A stretch of 63,913 nucleotides of DNA, counting the filler, from Conidiobolus incongruus B7586 (Eukaryota): assembly GCA_000697335.1 (NCBI GenBank). It is 29 parts of 29 records of this genome, joined end to end, with 100 filler letters (N's around TTAATTAATTAA, not from the genome) between each part and the next. Parts side by side here need not be neighbours in the genome. Positions count along the whole stretch, not along the records: positions 23,340 to 25,519 come from JNEM01001487.1; positions 25,620 to 27,782 come from JNEM01001488.1; positions 27,883 to 30,016 come from JNEM01001489.1; positions 30,117 to 32,223 come from JNEM01001490.1; positions 32,324 to 34,423 come from JNEM01001491.1; positions 34,524 to 36,577 come from JNEM01001492.1; positions 36,678 to 38,737 come from JNEM01001493.1; positions 38,838 to 40,763 come from JNEM01001494.1; 21 more parts are not named here. One strand, 5' to 3'. Made by a program: the position numbers and the translations under genes. Below the pieces are notes generated by a model, which was not told where the DNA came from, did not search any database, and saw only the letters and a program-made list of their open reading frames with translations. This document shows, in pieces, positions 25,221 to 39,094 of the stretch (positions are counted from its first letter, which is position 1; the number at the start of each line of letters is the position of its first letter).

Positions 25221-28200
25221 TATATTTCCTACTTTAGTGTTTTCTTTATAAATCCCATATTATTCAATGATAATCATTTCATTTTTTCCTTCCTTATTTT
25301 AATATTGATTCTTTTTGATTTTTTCACAAAATGATATAATCACTTTTGTATATTTTTATTTTTAATGCAAATTACTATAAATTCTTTTTTTATATTATAA
25401 TTTTATATTATTAATATATAAATTTAATAATCATATAATTTTAAAATTAAAATTCAATAAAATAGTATAAGATTTAAAAAAATTAATTATATTATATCTA
25501 ATAAATATTTTTTTATTAANNNNNNNNNNNNNNNNNNNNNNNNNNNNNNNNNNNNNNNNNNNNTTAATTAATTAANNNNNNNNNNNNNNNNNNNNNNNNN
25601 NNNNNNNNNNNNNNNNNNNATATATGAAATTTTTTAAATCCCAATACTATTAGCAAAGTTAAATAATCTAAAATTCTCACAAATTATTTTGTGTATTTAG
25701 ATATTTTAGTCTAATTTTCAATTGTCCTGTTTTCATTCAGAGTTATTAAATTGGAATTTATTTTTAAATTTATAAAAAATTATTTACTAAAAAATAAAAA
25801 ATACAATCTCAATTTTAACAAATAGAGAATTAAAATAATATGCATGTTTAATTGTCAATGTAATTTTATTAAATTATATCATACTGGCCAATAGTCAAGT
25901 CACTTATTATATACATAAAAATGCTTGAATTGTCTTAAATGCAATATATAATGTTGAAATTTGGGTTAGTAATATATCCTTACATTTTAGTATTTTTCAA
26001 AAATAATCTTAGTTAAGCTTATTTTTGAGAATTCACTTAGTTTTGGTAGAGGTTATTTTATTCAAATAGTTAAAGATTTTTAAAATCCAAACTCAGAGCT
26101 ATAATTATCAATAAAGATTGTTTAAATATTAATAAAAATATATTTGATAAGATAAATGTAAAATTCTATTTTCGATTAAATTGGCTATAAAAATTGATAA
26201 AGTATACATAAATAACAATTTAGCACTTTATTTAACCTTATTTAGCAATTTATAGTGCGAATATTAAAATGAAAAAAATTATTTAATAATTGATAATTAA
26301 ATAATTTGAAATTTTTTATTTGATTAAGAATTAGTCCTAATTTCATGTTGTACAAGATTTATATTTCGAATATTTGAACTTTATTTCAAATTCTAATCAT
26401 GTCAAAATGCCATGATCTTCAATTATTCATTCAAAATATGTTCTTTGAAATAGTAATCAAGTAATATATATTACTTGGCAAATTTTGACGATATTATCAA
26501 ATATCAACTTATATAACTTAAAACGTATAAAAATTTCTTTCACTTCTATTATAAAATAAATAAAAACAATATATTATATATTGCTTCTATAATATCACAT
26601 TATATAGATAAAATGAATTTTTTATCCTTAATAATATTTATCTAGACAATTTTTTCTTTTATTATATAACTGATTTTAAGTAAATAATCTTCTGTTAATT
26701 ATATATAGGTGTATTATTTTTAATATTGTTTTATACAATAAAAAGTTTCTTTGTCCAAAATAATACTATTAGAATACTTACAAAAATCACTATAATAGAT
26801 ACGGTTGGTTATAATACACTGGTTAAATATAATTTAAAGATAATAAATCTATAATTAAAACTTACTATTCAAGAATTTCGAATGAATCTATGGTTTAATT
26901 AAGATTCAATCCATTTATAAAAATAGTGATACAATTTTAAAATCCATGTTAAATATATATTTTAATATTTGATTTACCAAGAAAATATTTGATATTAAAT
27001 TAATATTCTCTTTTATTATAAATAATTTTTTGCCATACTTTTGGTTAGCTTCTAATATTTAAAGATTAATGCTTTTTATTAAAGACTGATATGTAATATT
27101 TATAAATCAATTAAATATATTTATAAGAGTTTTTTAATATTTTTCAATTACCTAAAGTAATTATAGTCATATGGAGTTGAATCTAGTTCATTTATTAGAT
27201 ATTATAGTTCTTTATATAGAAAATATTTTATAACTTTAGAACTATATATATTATGATTATTATGAAGATTAATATATTTGATTTATTTTTAATTACTTTT
27301 GGAGATTTGATTAAATTTATAATTCACAACATGTTATTAAATAATTTAATATAAGTGTTAATTTAAAATACCATATATTAAAATTTCTTATAATCATATT
27401 TCATATTTGATTATATATCAAAAAATTTATTTATTCGTGTTTATAAATAGTATGGTTTTATCCTAACTCAATATTTTATTTTATTGTTAACTCAAAAGTA
27501 TAAAGAATATATAATATATAATATTTAATAGTTAAAATTATATAAAAAAATGTTTCAAATTAAAAATATTTTAAATTATCTTATTTAATTATATTCATTT
27601 TTATTTTTTTATAATTTTTCTTAGATTATAATGGTTTTATAAGTTTTCATTAATTATAATAAATTTAAAATTAAGTAAAATAATATATATAAATAGTATA
27701 TTTTGAATTTTTTTAATATTTTAATTCAAATTAAATATTTTGTTTAAAAATATTTATTTATTTATACTTAATTTTATAAATANNNNNNNNNNNNNNNNNN
27801 NNNNNNNNNNNNNNNNNNNNNNNNNNTTAATTAATTAANNNNNNNNNNNNNNNNNNNNNNNNNNNNNNNNNNNNNNNNNNNNAAAAATTATAGTAACTAA
27901 TAGTTATTTAATATTTTTAAATTATTATTATTATTTAGGACAAAGTGTAATTTTATTAATAATATTTTTAATAACTTTATAATAAAATCAATGAATTAAT
28001 ATAAAAGTATATTTAATAATAGTTATATATTTATTAAATAAATAAACATATTTTTAACGACATAAAATTCAAATTAATAATTTCACAAAATTTAATTATT
28101 TAAGTTTATAAAAAATTTTAAAATTAATATCAATTTAAAATACCCAAGTAATACATTAAATAATTTAAAATTTTCAAACTGATAACTAAATTTTATTTAT

Positions 28201-28635
28201 AATATATAACATTAATATGACTAATTTATAAATATTAAATAATATCTATTTAAGAGTTTTTCGTATATTGATAATATTAATATCTACTGTCTGATATTTT
28301 AAATTTTAAATTTTTAAAATAATTAAAATTAATTATATTAAATTTAATTTCGTATATAATTTTCTTAAAATTTACAAGTTATCCAAATGTTTATATTTGA
28401 ATGAATTAAAATTGGCAGAAAGTTTAGTTGATATTTATGAGATAGAGTGTAATATATTATAATTATTAATATATTAAAATAATAACTTTTTTATTGATTG
28501 AAATAAAAATTATATATTAATTCAGATTTTATTTAAATATAAATTTGTGACTTATCGCTCAATTGGAATATTACTAAATATATATATATATATATTTCAT
28601 ACGATATACTATAAATTTATTTAATTTATATAAGT

Positions 28636-29553
28636 TTATTTATCATAAAGGTTATACTTAATGTATTTTATTAGTGTGATAAAAGCAATTCATACGTCCT
28701 AGTTCATCTACAACAAAATGACTGCATTAACCACAGAAGAATACCATATCGAACAGTGGGATACTATATCCATCATTAATGTTCCCTTTTACCCAGTGGA
28801 GAATTTGTAAATGATAGTATAAAATTTTTCAATAAAATTTAAGATATATAATTATATATAAAGCAAGAATTTTATAAAAGAGGACCGGAATTATCGATAT
28901 TCTCTATCTGTTGGAATATTTAAATTGATTTGATTCAACATTGAGGAAATCTTACAATCACAATCCCAGACTACTAATAATAATAATACTAATGAAAGAA
29001 AAAAGGAAATCTCTCAATACTATAACGTATGAAGCATATGCTTGCATTATTGGCTTTGTTGTATAAGATACTTCGAATTTGGTTATTGTTTGTAAATAAT
29101 CAGCTATAGAAACAAGGCTTGATGCATACTGAGATATCCAAGTGATCGCAATAAAGCCAAACCAAAAAAAGTATATACCTGAAGATTAAAACAAATTAAA
29201 AAGAATCTTTCTAAAGCCATGATCGCTAAACTATGACTAGAGCAGAGTAACATTTGTCCCACGATTATTATATCAAGTTTGGACAAGTTAAGGTAAACTT
29301 TGAAGATACTGTAGGGGTATTTGGCAAAGATTACTCTAAATGTTAGCCCAATGGATACTAAAATATCAATAATGACTATAAATCTACATAGCTAAATGTC
29401 TACATTCTGTTGTGCGTTTTTCAATTTTTTGAAAAAGATCCAGCTAATAAATTGGTTTAAGACTAAGTCGAGTGCTCCACAGATAGCATAATTAATCAAT
29501 ATACCATCATGAAGTTGATTAGTAATTAATGGAGTTTTAATTCCAACTGACAA
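28636..29553 (-). pseudogene. Rhodopsin-like (class A-like) 7TM GPCR pseudogene
   Basis: Frameshifted, stop-ridden translation: INYAICGALDLVLN...DI*LCRFIVIIDILVS...SLAIMALERFFLIC...WFGFIAITW...YSSVVNAVILL*MN. Same TM architecture and ERF/ERY motif as the intact gene at 32731. Confidence 0.75.
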
Positions 29554-32500
29554 TTTGAAAATTATAAAAAATCAAAAATTACCTTATATAAGTGGATAAT
29601 TTAAAATAAATAAAAGTATAAAATTAATTAAAATAAATTATATATCAAATTATAAATATTTTATTATAGTCTTATATTATCCAATAATATATTAATTATT
29701 TTAAAAGTTTTTTTTAATTTTATAATTAATTTTATAAGTTGATTTATTATTGGTAATAATATAAATTTTTTAAAAAAAATAAGAAATTATTTTTAAATAA
29801 AATAATATATAATTTCAGTTTATTAATATGAATTTAATTATATTTCTTAATTTTTTTCAATATTGGATCTTTTTAAAATTATTTGAAAATACCCTAATAT
29901 ACTATTGGTTAATTATATAACTCAAAATATTAAATCTAAAAATATTAACACAAAATAATATAAAAATTAATTCAATATATATTATTGAATTTTAATTTAA
30001 TATATTTTAATTTTATNNNNNNNNNNNNNNNNNNNNNNNNNNNNNNNNNNNNNNNNNNNNTTAATTAATTAANNNNNNNNNNNNNNNNNNNNNNNNNNNN
30101 NNNNNNNNNNNNNNNNAGAATACTACCAGATTAATATAATAATGTAGAAATATTATAGTTTTCATTTTATCAAGATTTAAAATGATATTATATTTTAATT
30201 TTTCAAGCATTTTTTTTCTCGAGAGAATATTATTTTTTTAAAAGTTTATTTTAAATTAAAGATTAACAAAGGATTAATTATAAATTTTATTATATATGGT
30301 ATTTTTTTATTAATAATAATTTAAAAGAATCAAGGTTTATTATTTTAAAAATATATCAAATATTAATAGCTTAATTAATTAAGATTTTGTCCTTTTAAAA
30401 AAATAAATAACTAAATAAAATATAAATTATTAATAAATTAATAATCTAAAAATTAACTTTAAAAAAAATATTATTAATATTAAATTTGAAAATATTAATT
30501 CTGCCCTTTATTTTATTTTTTGGTAAGTTATTATCTAAAATTTCATTATAATATTATTATAATAAAGTGTTTCTAAAGCTTTTGATATATTTTTAGAGTT
30601 TATATTTATATTAGCTTTATAATTAATAAGAGTTTTGAAATCAACCTTTTTTAACTAAATATAGACTTTAAGGTAAAACTTAAGATTTATCAATAATTAA
30701 TATTAAACTAGCTAAAAAATTATTTTTATAATTTTAGCTTAGGGAAACAAAGTATAATATTATTTAATAATAGCAAGTTTAATACTTATGAAAATAATTT
30801 TAAATTTATTAATAATGTTCGTAGCTAATAAAATAAAATTTTATTACTTTTTAAAAAAAATTCAATTAATATTTTAATTCGATTAGAGTTTTTTTCTTCT
30901 TTTGTATTAAGGTTAATATTAAGATATATATTAATAAGAAGTTTTATTTTAATTTTTATTTTGATTCTTTAAAACTTAATAAAAAATATATTAATGTTAA
31001 TAAAGTATTCCTATTTACTCTCTTTAAATATTATTATATAATTAAAAAATAACGAGGTATATTATTAATATATAATTTTTATATTAGTTATTTGCTATTT
31101 ATATTGAATAATATAACTAACTCTTTGTTATTTTTTATTAAACTTAATTAATAATTTAATATTTCATAAATATCAATTATAATTTTATTTTTATAATTTT
31201 TATATAATTTCTTTAAATGTTTATTTTTTAAAATTAAGCTTTTTGCATTTATCTTTCTCTTTATTATATGTAAAATTATTTAAGTATGGTTTTTTGAATT
31301 TTGTCTAATTATATTAAATTTTTATTATATGGTAATTATTTTTTAATTCCTATTACTAACTTTAATAAGTGAAATATTATTATTTGAAATTATAAGGTGT
31401 TTTGTTAAACTATCAATGTTAAATCTTATTTTTTAATTTTTAAGGATAAATTAAAGATTTTTTAAACTCCTTGTTAAATTCTTTTTTTAAGTTTATTATT
31501 TTTCAAATTTAAAAATAATAAATGGAATTCCTATTGCTTTAAAGATATTTTAAATAATTTAACAAATTATTTAAAATCTAATCAATTTAAAATGAGGAGG
31601 ATTTAAATTTATCTATATAAAAACTAGTTGAGTAAAAGCTATAGTTTATTAGATAACTAATATTTTTGCTTTAATTATTATCTTTAATTATATCTTTCTT
31701 ATTATTTTAAATTTAATAGTTTTAAAGATATTATAATCAATATTTTTTTCAAAGGTTATTTTTTTAAATAATTAATATTTATAAAATTTATTTTAGATAT
31801 TGTAATTTTTTTATTATATTTAATAGTTAAGTAAACTTTATATATATTTTATAATATATAATATTACTTAAAGATACTAATAGAAAAATATTATTTAATT
31901 GTTATTTATCTTTTAAACTATCTTTAGTAATTAGTTTCTTAATTTTAATATTAAGATTAAAAAATAAAACGATAATTAAAATTAATAAAAAGGTTTAGCT
32001 AATTAAAAAATATTGTTGATTTTCACCCTTTTTAATCTTTTATAAGATCCTTTTATTAATTTTATTACTAGTGTTTGTTAAACTTAATAATTAACTTTTT
32101 TAACTATTATTTTATAATTTACTTTAATTTTTTTCCTATTATTAATATTCTATAATTAAAGTATTTAAATGTTTTTCTATCATTAATATATTTATTATCT
32201 AATATTTAATTTTATTTAAAATANNNNNNNNNNNNNNNNNNNNNNNNNNNNNNNNNNNNNNNNNNNNTTAATTAATTAANNNNNNNNNNNNNNNNNNNNN
32301 NNNNNNNNNNNNNNNNNNNNNNNATCAATAATTAATTAATATAAATTAAGTATAAAATTAATTCAATATCATTCATTTATTTAAATATATCAATATAAAT
32401 TTATAATATATATTTTTAATTTTAAATTAATTTTCCTAAATTGAAAATTTTTTTTATTTAAATTAGATAAAATTATTAATTAAATTTTTATCCACTTAAA

Positions 32501-32730
32501 ATTTCAAATTAAATCTTTAAGAAAATTAAAATATAATTAAAATGATGGTGATAATGGATTTTGAATAAGATTATAGAGTAACCTGAATCTTTCAAGTTTT
32601 GTTCAGATTAATTAATCGGCTTTAATTAGTGTCATTTTTTTAGAAAAATTCTTATAAATACCTGTGGAGTAATGCGAAAATTATATCAATTAAATATTTA
32701 TTAAATCTTTTGATAGTAATAATAATAGAG

Positions 32731-33624
32731 ATGGTAGAAAGTGAAAATGAACCTTATACAGGATACAGTAAAATTTTAAGTATTATTAATTTATTCATTG
32801 GTTTGGTGGGTTTACCAATTATTTCAATTATTTTATTATCTGCAAGAGATATTTTAAAGAGAAATACAACTACGAATATTCGGTTGGTCCTGATTGTATT
32901 GCTGGTAGACATGACAGCTTGTTGTATGTTGGTCCTAGGATCTATTCTTACATTAATCAATCCTAAATTTTTGTCCGATTTTCCAATATTCTGCAAACTA
33001 GGGTATTTCTTCTTAGGAGGACCTACATTCTGTTCAGTGTGGTTCCTGGCGATTATTAGTTTTGAGAGATATATGCACTTCGTTTGGGAGTACTATATAC
33101 AGAACACTATTTGGTACAGTATTATGGCTCTGTTACTCACTTTCTATATTGGTACAGGTATTTATAGCGTGATTGTCAATTCGATTATCGTAGTACCAAT
33201 CGGAACTTACTGTTTTGTACATCCTCATAGTCCCGAAGGTCAATTTATATTTTTTGTGATTATGATTATGAATGTCATACCTATAATTACTGTAACATTC
33301 TCCTATATTTCCATCGCCATTACCACAATGAAAATTAAAAAGCGATCCGCTACATCAGAGAGTGAAGACGCCAAATTTTTCCAAAAAACTTTGACAATAG
33401 CATTCGTCAAAATGTTTGCAATTTTAGTTATTTATTTAATAACTAATACATTTGAAACATACCTAGAAGTTTATGAATTCATTACCAAATCCAATAGATC
33501 ACCAGTGAATGATTTGATTGCTGCAGCAATGCAAAATTTTAATCCTTTAATTAATTCAATATTGCTGCTTTTAATTAATAAGGAAGTGGGAGATAGATTT
33601 TCGCAGTGGTTTCGAATTTGTTAA
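32731..33624 (+). CDS. Intronless rhodopsin-like (class A-like) G protein-coupled receptor, 297 aa
   Basis: Seven hydrophobic segments, TM2 Asp (LLVD), Cys at the top of TM3 (FCK) and in ECL2 (TYC), ISFERY (DRY-like) and TM7 NPLIN. First ATG is at 32731; the ORF track starts at TTG 32710. Confidence 0.85.
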   Translation: MVESENEPYTGYSKILSIINLFIGLVGLPIISIILLSARDILKRNTTTNIRLVLIVLLVDMTACCMLVLGSILTLINPKFLSDFPIFCKLGYFFLGGPTFCSVWFLAIISFERYMHFVWEYYIQNTIWYSIMALLLTFYIGTGIYSVIVNSIIVVPIGTYCFVHPHSPEGQFIFFVIMIMNVIPIITVTFSYISIAITTMKIKKRSATSESEDAKFFQKTLTIAFVKMFAILVIYLITNTFETYLEVYEFITKSNRSPVNDLIAAAMQNFNPLINSILLLLINKEVGDRFSQWFRIC

Positions 33625-35045
33625 ATTTTGTTAATTAATTTTTATAATTTAATAAATAATATAAATAGTTTCAATAATATGTATTTTAATTTTTTTTAAA
33701 ATAAAACTTTTGAAAAATTAATGATAATAGAGTATTCGAAATACTTTTCATTTTCTTTTCATATATTAGTTTTAACATGTAATTCTTCATTTGTAGATTG
33801 ATGGTAGGATTAATTAATGAAATAACTATATAAATATAATTAATTGAAGTGAGTCAAATATGTATACTATAAGAAACTATATATGGCAAAAATATCATAT
33901 GATAAGCAATTAACCAATCTAATCAATTATTAGGAAAATATAAGTATAAAAAACTTTCCATTGTATATTATATCTATATCGATAAACTTGTTAATAATTA
34001 AATATATATTTTGTTGAATATATCATAATAAATTTTTATTAATATTTTGAACAAAAATATCAAAGTTTGAAACCTTTAAAAATCAAACCTAATATATATT
34101 TATAAACAATTAAAATTAATATAAATATGATATTACTTTGGAAATATAGGATTATAATAATGAAATATTATATTTTGAAAAATGATATAAGATGATCTAA
34201 TATCAAGCTAAATTAATTATCTTTCAAATATATTATATTTATTGAGTATTTTTTGTAAATTATATATATATTAATTATTAATTATTGAATTTACTTTGAT
34301 ATTTTATTTTTATATTATTTTTAATAAAAAATATAGTAGTTTTCAAAAATATTAAAATTATTTTATAAATTTTTCTTTATAATTTTTAATATGCTAATGA
34401 TTTTTAAAATTTAAATAATTATANNNNNNNNNNNNNNNNNNNNNNNNNNNNNNNNNNNNNNNNNNNNTTAATTAATTAANNNNNNNNNNNNNNNNNNNNN
34501 NNNNNNNNNNNNNNNNNNNNNNNAAAATAAAATTCAAAATAATATCAATAAATATTATTTTATAATTAATAATTTTTAATATTAATTTATTAAAACAGAT
34601 TAAAACATAAAATCTATTATAGTTAATTATTAATATATTTTATATTACAAAATTATATAATTATTTAATTTTTATAGCCTAAAAAGATTTTTCTAAAATC
34701 TATTATAATTCATTTGGTATTGGTTGTTAAAAGTTATCAAATAATATATATATCATTTTATAACTAATTATATTGAAATTGGGTTATATATATTAATTAA
34801 TATTTATATATTACAAATGATATATTTTAATTTCTTGAAATATTTTATAAAAAAATCAAAATTTTTAATATATTTGATAAAATATTAGTTTTGAAAATTT
34901 TTAAAATACTTAAATTAGAAAATAACCTTAAGTATATTTTATTATCTTTATTATTTTATTATTTTTAAATCTTTAATAATAAAGTTAACAAATAACAAAA
35001 TAGATTATAATTTAATCAAATAATTATATATTTTTTTTAATTATA

Positions 35046-36577
35046 CACTGACCCAAATAAATAAGCCAAAAAATCAAAAACACTTATATTTTTACCAATA
35101 ACTTGATTAATATTTAAAGAAATAAACCTAAATTAAATAATTAAAATCTAATTTATTTATTAATAATATATATCATTAAATTATGATATTCGGTTATTAA
35201 TTAGTTAAAATATAAACCCTTAAATTTTACCTCAGGTAAGTTATAAATTTGTAGGTATTCAATTATGAAAAAAATTAAAATATAGTATATCAATCTTTAG
35301 CTTTTGTAACTTTAAGTTTGAGGGGTATAGAGTCAACTAACTTCTTATAATAGGAAGGGTTAGTCTTATTCTATGTTTCTTGAATATATATACCTAAAGC
35401 TAATATAACTTTTATATGGGGGGAAAGCTTTAATAGCTTTTTTTAACAAATTATAAAGATATTTAATTAGATTAAGGTTAGGAGATTAAAAAAACCACTA
35501 TATAACTATTATTTTGTTATTTTTAAGCTATTTGTTAATAAAAGATATAGTATAATAAAAAGTTTTATTATATTGGAAAATAATATTAGATTTGTTTAAT
35601 ATATATTATTCAATAGTTTTTTTCAATTTAATTTATCAAATATTTTAATATATCTTAATATTATTTCCTCTATTAACTTTATAAAGATATTTTATACTTA
35701 AAGACAATATATATTTATAAATAATAAATAACCTATTATTGTATTTTTGGGTAAAATTAACATAATTATAATAGAGTAATTTTATATCTTTTTTAAAGCA
35801 ATTAGTTTTTTTATTAATTTTATTACAGATTATATTTATTTTATTATATTAAATGACTATATTTGAATTAGCTTTAGTATAATATTGATAATGACATTTA
35901 AACTCCCATTTTGCTTTATAATAGGATTTCTTTAATTAGGTATTTTTTTCTTTAAATATAAGTGATATCTATGTTAATATAAAGGATATATAAAAATATC
36001 AATATTAATTAATATTCTTATATAGTCTTATAGTTTTTGCTAAATTGTTATAATAATACCTTACTTATTTATATTAACTAATCTATAAATATATTTCTTA
36101 TCATAATTATCTATATTCTCAATATATTTAGGTTTTAATTTAAATATATTTTTATTATTATTTTTATCCAATATCATGATAGTAAACTTACTAAAACTAA
36201 TAATTCTAGCAATATCATAAGTTGATTTATCTTTTTTATAAATTTGATTGATAAATAAGTGAATTTTTTTAAAGAGGGATTTAGGTATAATAATTTTAAT
36301 AAAAAGAATTTAATATATCTGTAAAATATTAAATAAAATAAAAGCAAAAAAAGAAAAAAAAATATGGCTATATATTGTTAAATAAATCCATTTATCTTAA
36401 TAACTTGCAAATTTATAACTCATTTTGGTTAAATATTAAGGATTAATATTATTGCTAATAATTTATTTAATATATCTATATATATTTATTTATTATCAAA
36501 TAATATACTTTATTTATATATTATGTTTCAGTAATCTAATAAATACAACTACTTTAATTATTAACAATAATATATAA
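35046..36577 (-). mobile_element. Tc1-like DD34E transposon, copy A (hypermutated, truncated by contig end)
   Basis: TA-CACTG terminus at 35046; inner repeats at about 35235 and 36407; decayed transposase 36288-35275 colinear with the other copies. Confidence 0.85.
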
Positions 36578-37532
36578 NNNNNNNNNNNNNNNNNNNNNNN
36601 NNNNNNNNNNNNNNNNNNNNNTTAATTAATTAANNNNNNNNNNNNNNNNNNNNNNNNNNNNNNNNNNNNNNNNNNNNTGAATTAAACTCTTTAATTAAAA
36701 TATTTCTTTAAAAATATTCGATTAGTTTAATAAGGTAATATAGTAAACATTATATAAAAATATAACTGGATATTTTATTGAATTTTATTTTTTAAATATC
36801 ATCAAAATTAACTAATATTTAATTTTATATTTAATTTCATTTTAAATTTGGTCTATTTTTATAATTTTTAATTAATTTGTAATTGATCAAAATTTATTTT
36901 TTTATTATTAAGCAATTACATAATTGATGTTACTTATTATATTTTTATTTTTATAATTAAAAAATAAATTAAAGATATGTAAATTAAGTTTAATAATATC
37001 AAATAATGCCCAAACTATTATAAAATAAGATTATAGTTGTGATATTTTCAAATTAAAATATATATTGAATTTATTGATTTATTATTTTATCATAAAATCA
37101 AATAAATAATAATATGATAAAATTTATCAAAGTGAAATGTGAATTTAATTGAAAAACCATCTAGGGATTAGAGTGTAATTTTCATAATAATAATTAATAA
37201 CAATAATAATCATCCAAAATCTTAATAATAATTACTCAATTTCAATATTTTATAGAAAATATTTTAATAAAATCCATAAAAAGAAAAATTAAATTTATTA
37301 CCTTATTTTGACGTCAATTTATAATATATTCATTTTTTAAACCGGTTTATTGGGAAAAACTATATTAAAATACTATTAATATTAATAAAATGATCTTTTA
37401 ATCAGGGTTAATTAATTGTATTTATCAATAATTTTTGAATTTATAGAAATGAATGATCGCATTAATTGAGTTATATAAATACTATTTGAATACATTAAAT
37501 TGAAATGATTTTCATAAAAAACTTTTTTTCTA

Positions 37533-37832
37533 ATGACTGATGAATCAAAAACTGAATTATTAGGTATTTTGGTAGGCGTCATTACTTTTGTTATTATCGG
37601 CTTATTAGTATTGTCATATTGGAAAAATCGTGAAAATGATACAAATTCTAATAATAATGAAGTAATTTCAATGTATGGGATTAATTCCGAGTTTTTGGAT
37701 CCTCTACCGCGTTACGAGGAACCTCCTAAGTATGAGATGCAGAGAGACCTTGTGAAATATGGTTTGAGCTATAATACAATACATTTCAATAGTACTAATA
37801 CCAATGAAATAAATAATAATTCAGCTCATTGA
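37533..37832 (+). CDS. Small single-pass membrane protein with tandem PY motifs (LPRY, PPKY), 99 aa
   Basis: N-terminal TM helix (LLGILVGVITFVIIGLLVLSYW) followed by KNR, then DPLPRYEEPPKY. Confidence 0.7.
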   Translation: MTDESKTELLGILVGVITFVIIGLLVLSYWKNRENDTNSNNNEVISMYGINSEFLDPLPRYEEPPKYEMQRDLVKYGLSYNTIHFNSTNTNEINNNSAH

Positions 37833-39094
37833 ACAATGAACTGTATAGATTAAAATCATTTATATAACTTTTAAAATGTTTGACAATACAATATTCCTAA
37901 TTTAATTGAATTAGTAACCAAAATCCATAGATATAGGAAATGTAATATATAAATTAATAAGTAATACCTTAAGTAACAATTTAAAACTATTTATAATACT
38001 CATGAGAATTATTTATGTTTTCGTCAGTTGATATTCAAACCGAGTTTAAATAGAAGTTAAAAAAATGTTGTATTCATATTTTTATTACTTTTTAAATAAT
38101 TTTTTTAGGATTTGACAGTAAATTTTAGATTAATTTCATTAAGAATTTTTTTAAAGATATATGAAATTAATATATTTAATGGATAAAATTCTAAATATCA
38201 TTATGTGTTAGAATCCTTTTATTTATAATTTAATTATATTTAATATAATTGGAGCAATATTAAAAATAATTATTATATTAAATCAATATAGATAATAATT
38301 TTAAAAAATTAAGAAAAAATAATATTAATTTATGTATTTAAGAATAGAATATAAAATGACTTAATCGATTATTTTTTATTTTGAATAATCATATACTATC
38401 TTGTGTTTTTTTATTTATTCACTTTAAAGTTATTACTAGTTAGGAAAAAATGATAAATATATAACTCCTTTTATTTATACATTTGATTAATTCTAAAAAA
38501 CTAATTATAAAAATAAAAAAATGACTTATATTTTTATATTATACTAATATATATAGATTTATAATTATTTTTTTATTTAAATATAAGAATAAAAAATAAT
38601 TGATAAATTTAATCATTTCTAAACTTAATAATGAACATTAAAAAGATTTTAATTTCAAATAATTTGAAATTTAAAATTAATAAAATTAATAATATATATA
38701 TCAAAATATTTAACTTTATTTTATTAATAATTATAAANNNNNNNNNNNNNNNNNNNNNNNNNNNNNNNNNNNNNNNNNNNNTTAATTAATTAANNNNNNN
38801 NNNNNNNNNNNNNNNNNNNNNNNNNNNNNNNNNNNNNTAAATAATAACACAAGTGTAAAGTATATATTATGATATTTAAATAAACATTAATAAATAATTA
38901 TATCTTTTGTTAAAACTAATATCAATAATGACTAACCTAAATTAAGATATATATTTTTCAGACCAATATTTTTAATTTATGAATATTTTTAAAAATCCTA
39001 TTTATCAATGGTTTATTATCAATTAGATATATTTTATTAACCCTATTAGCTATAAATAAAATAAACTATATTATCAAAAATATAATATTAAATA

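Noticed and set aside
29104..29286. 60-aa ORF as a standalone gene
   Set aside because: It is the TM3 fragment of the frameshifted GPCR pseudogene.
32754..32996. 80-aa minus ORF
   Set aside because: Antisense shadow of the GPCR.
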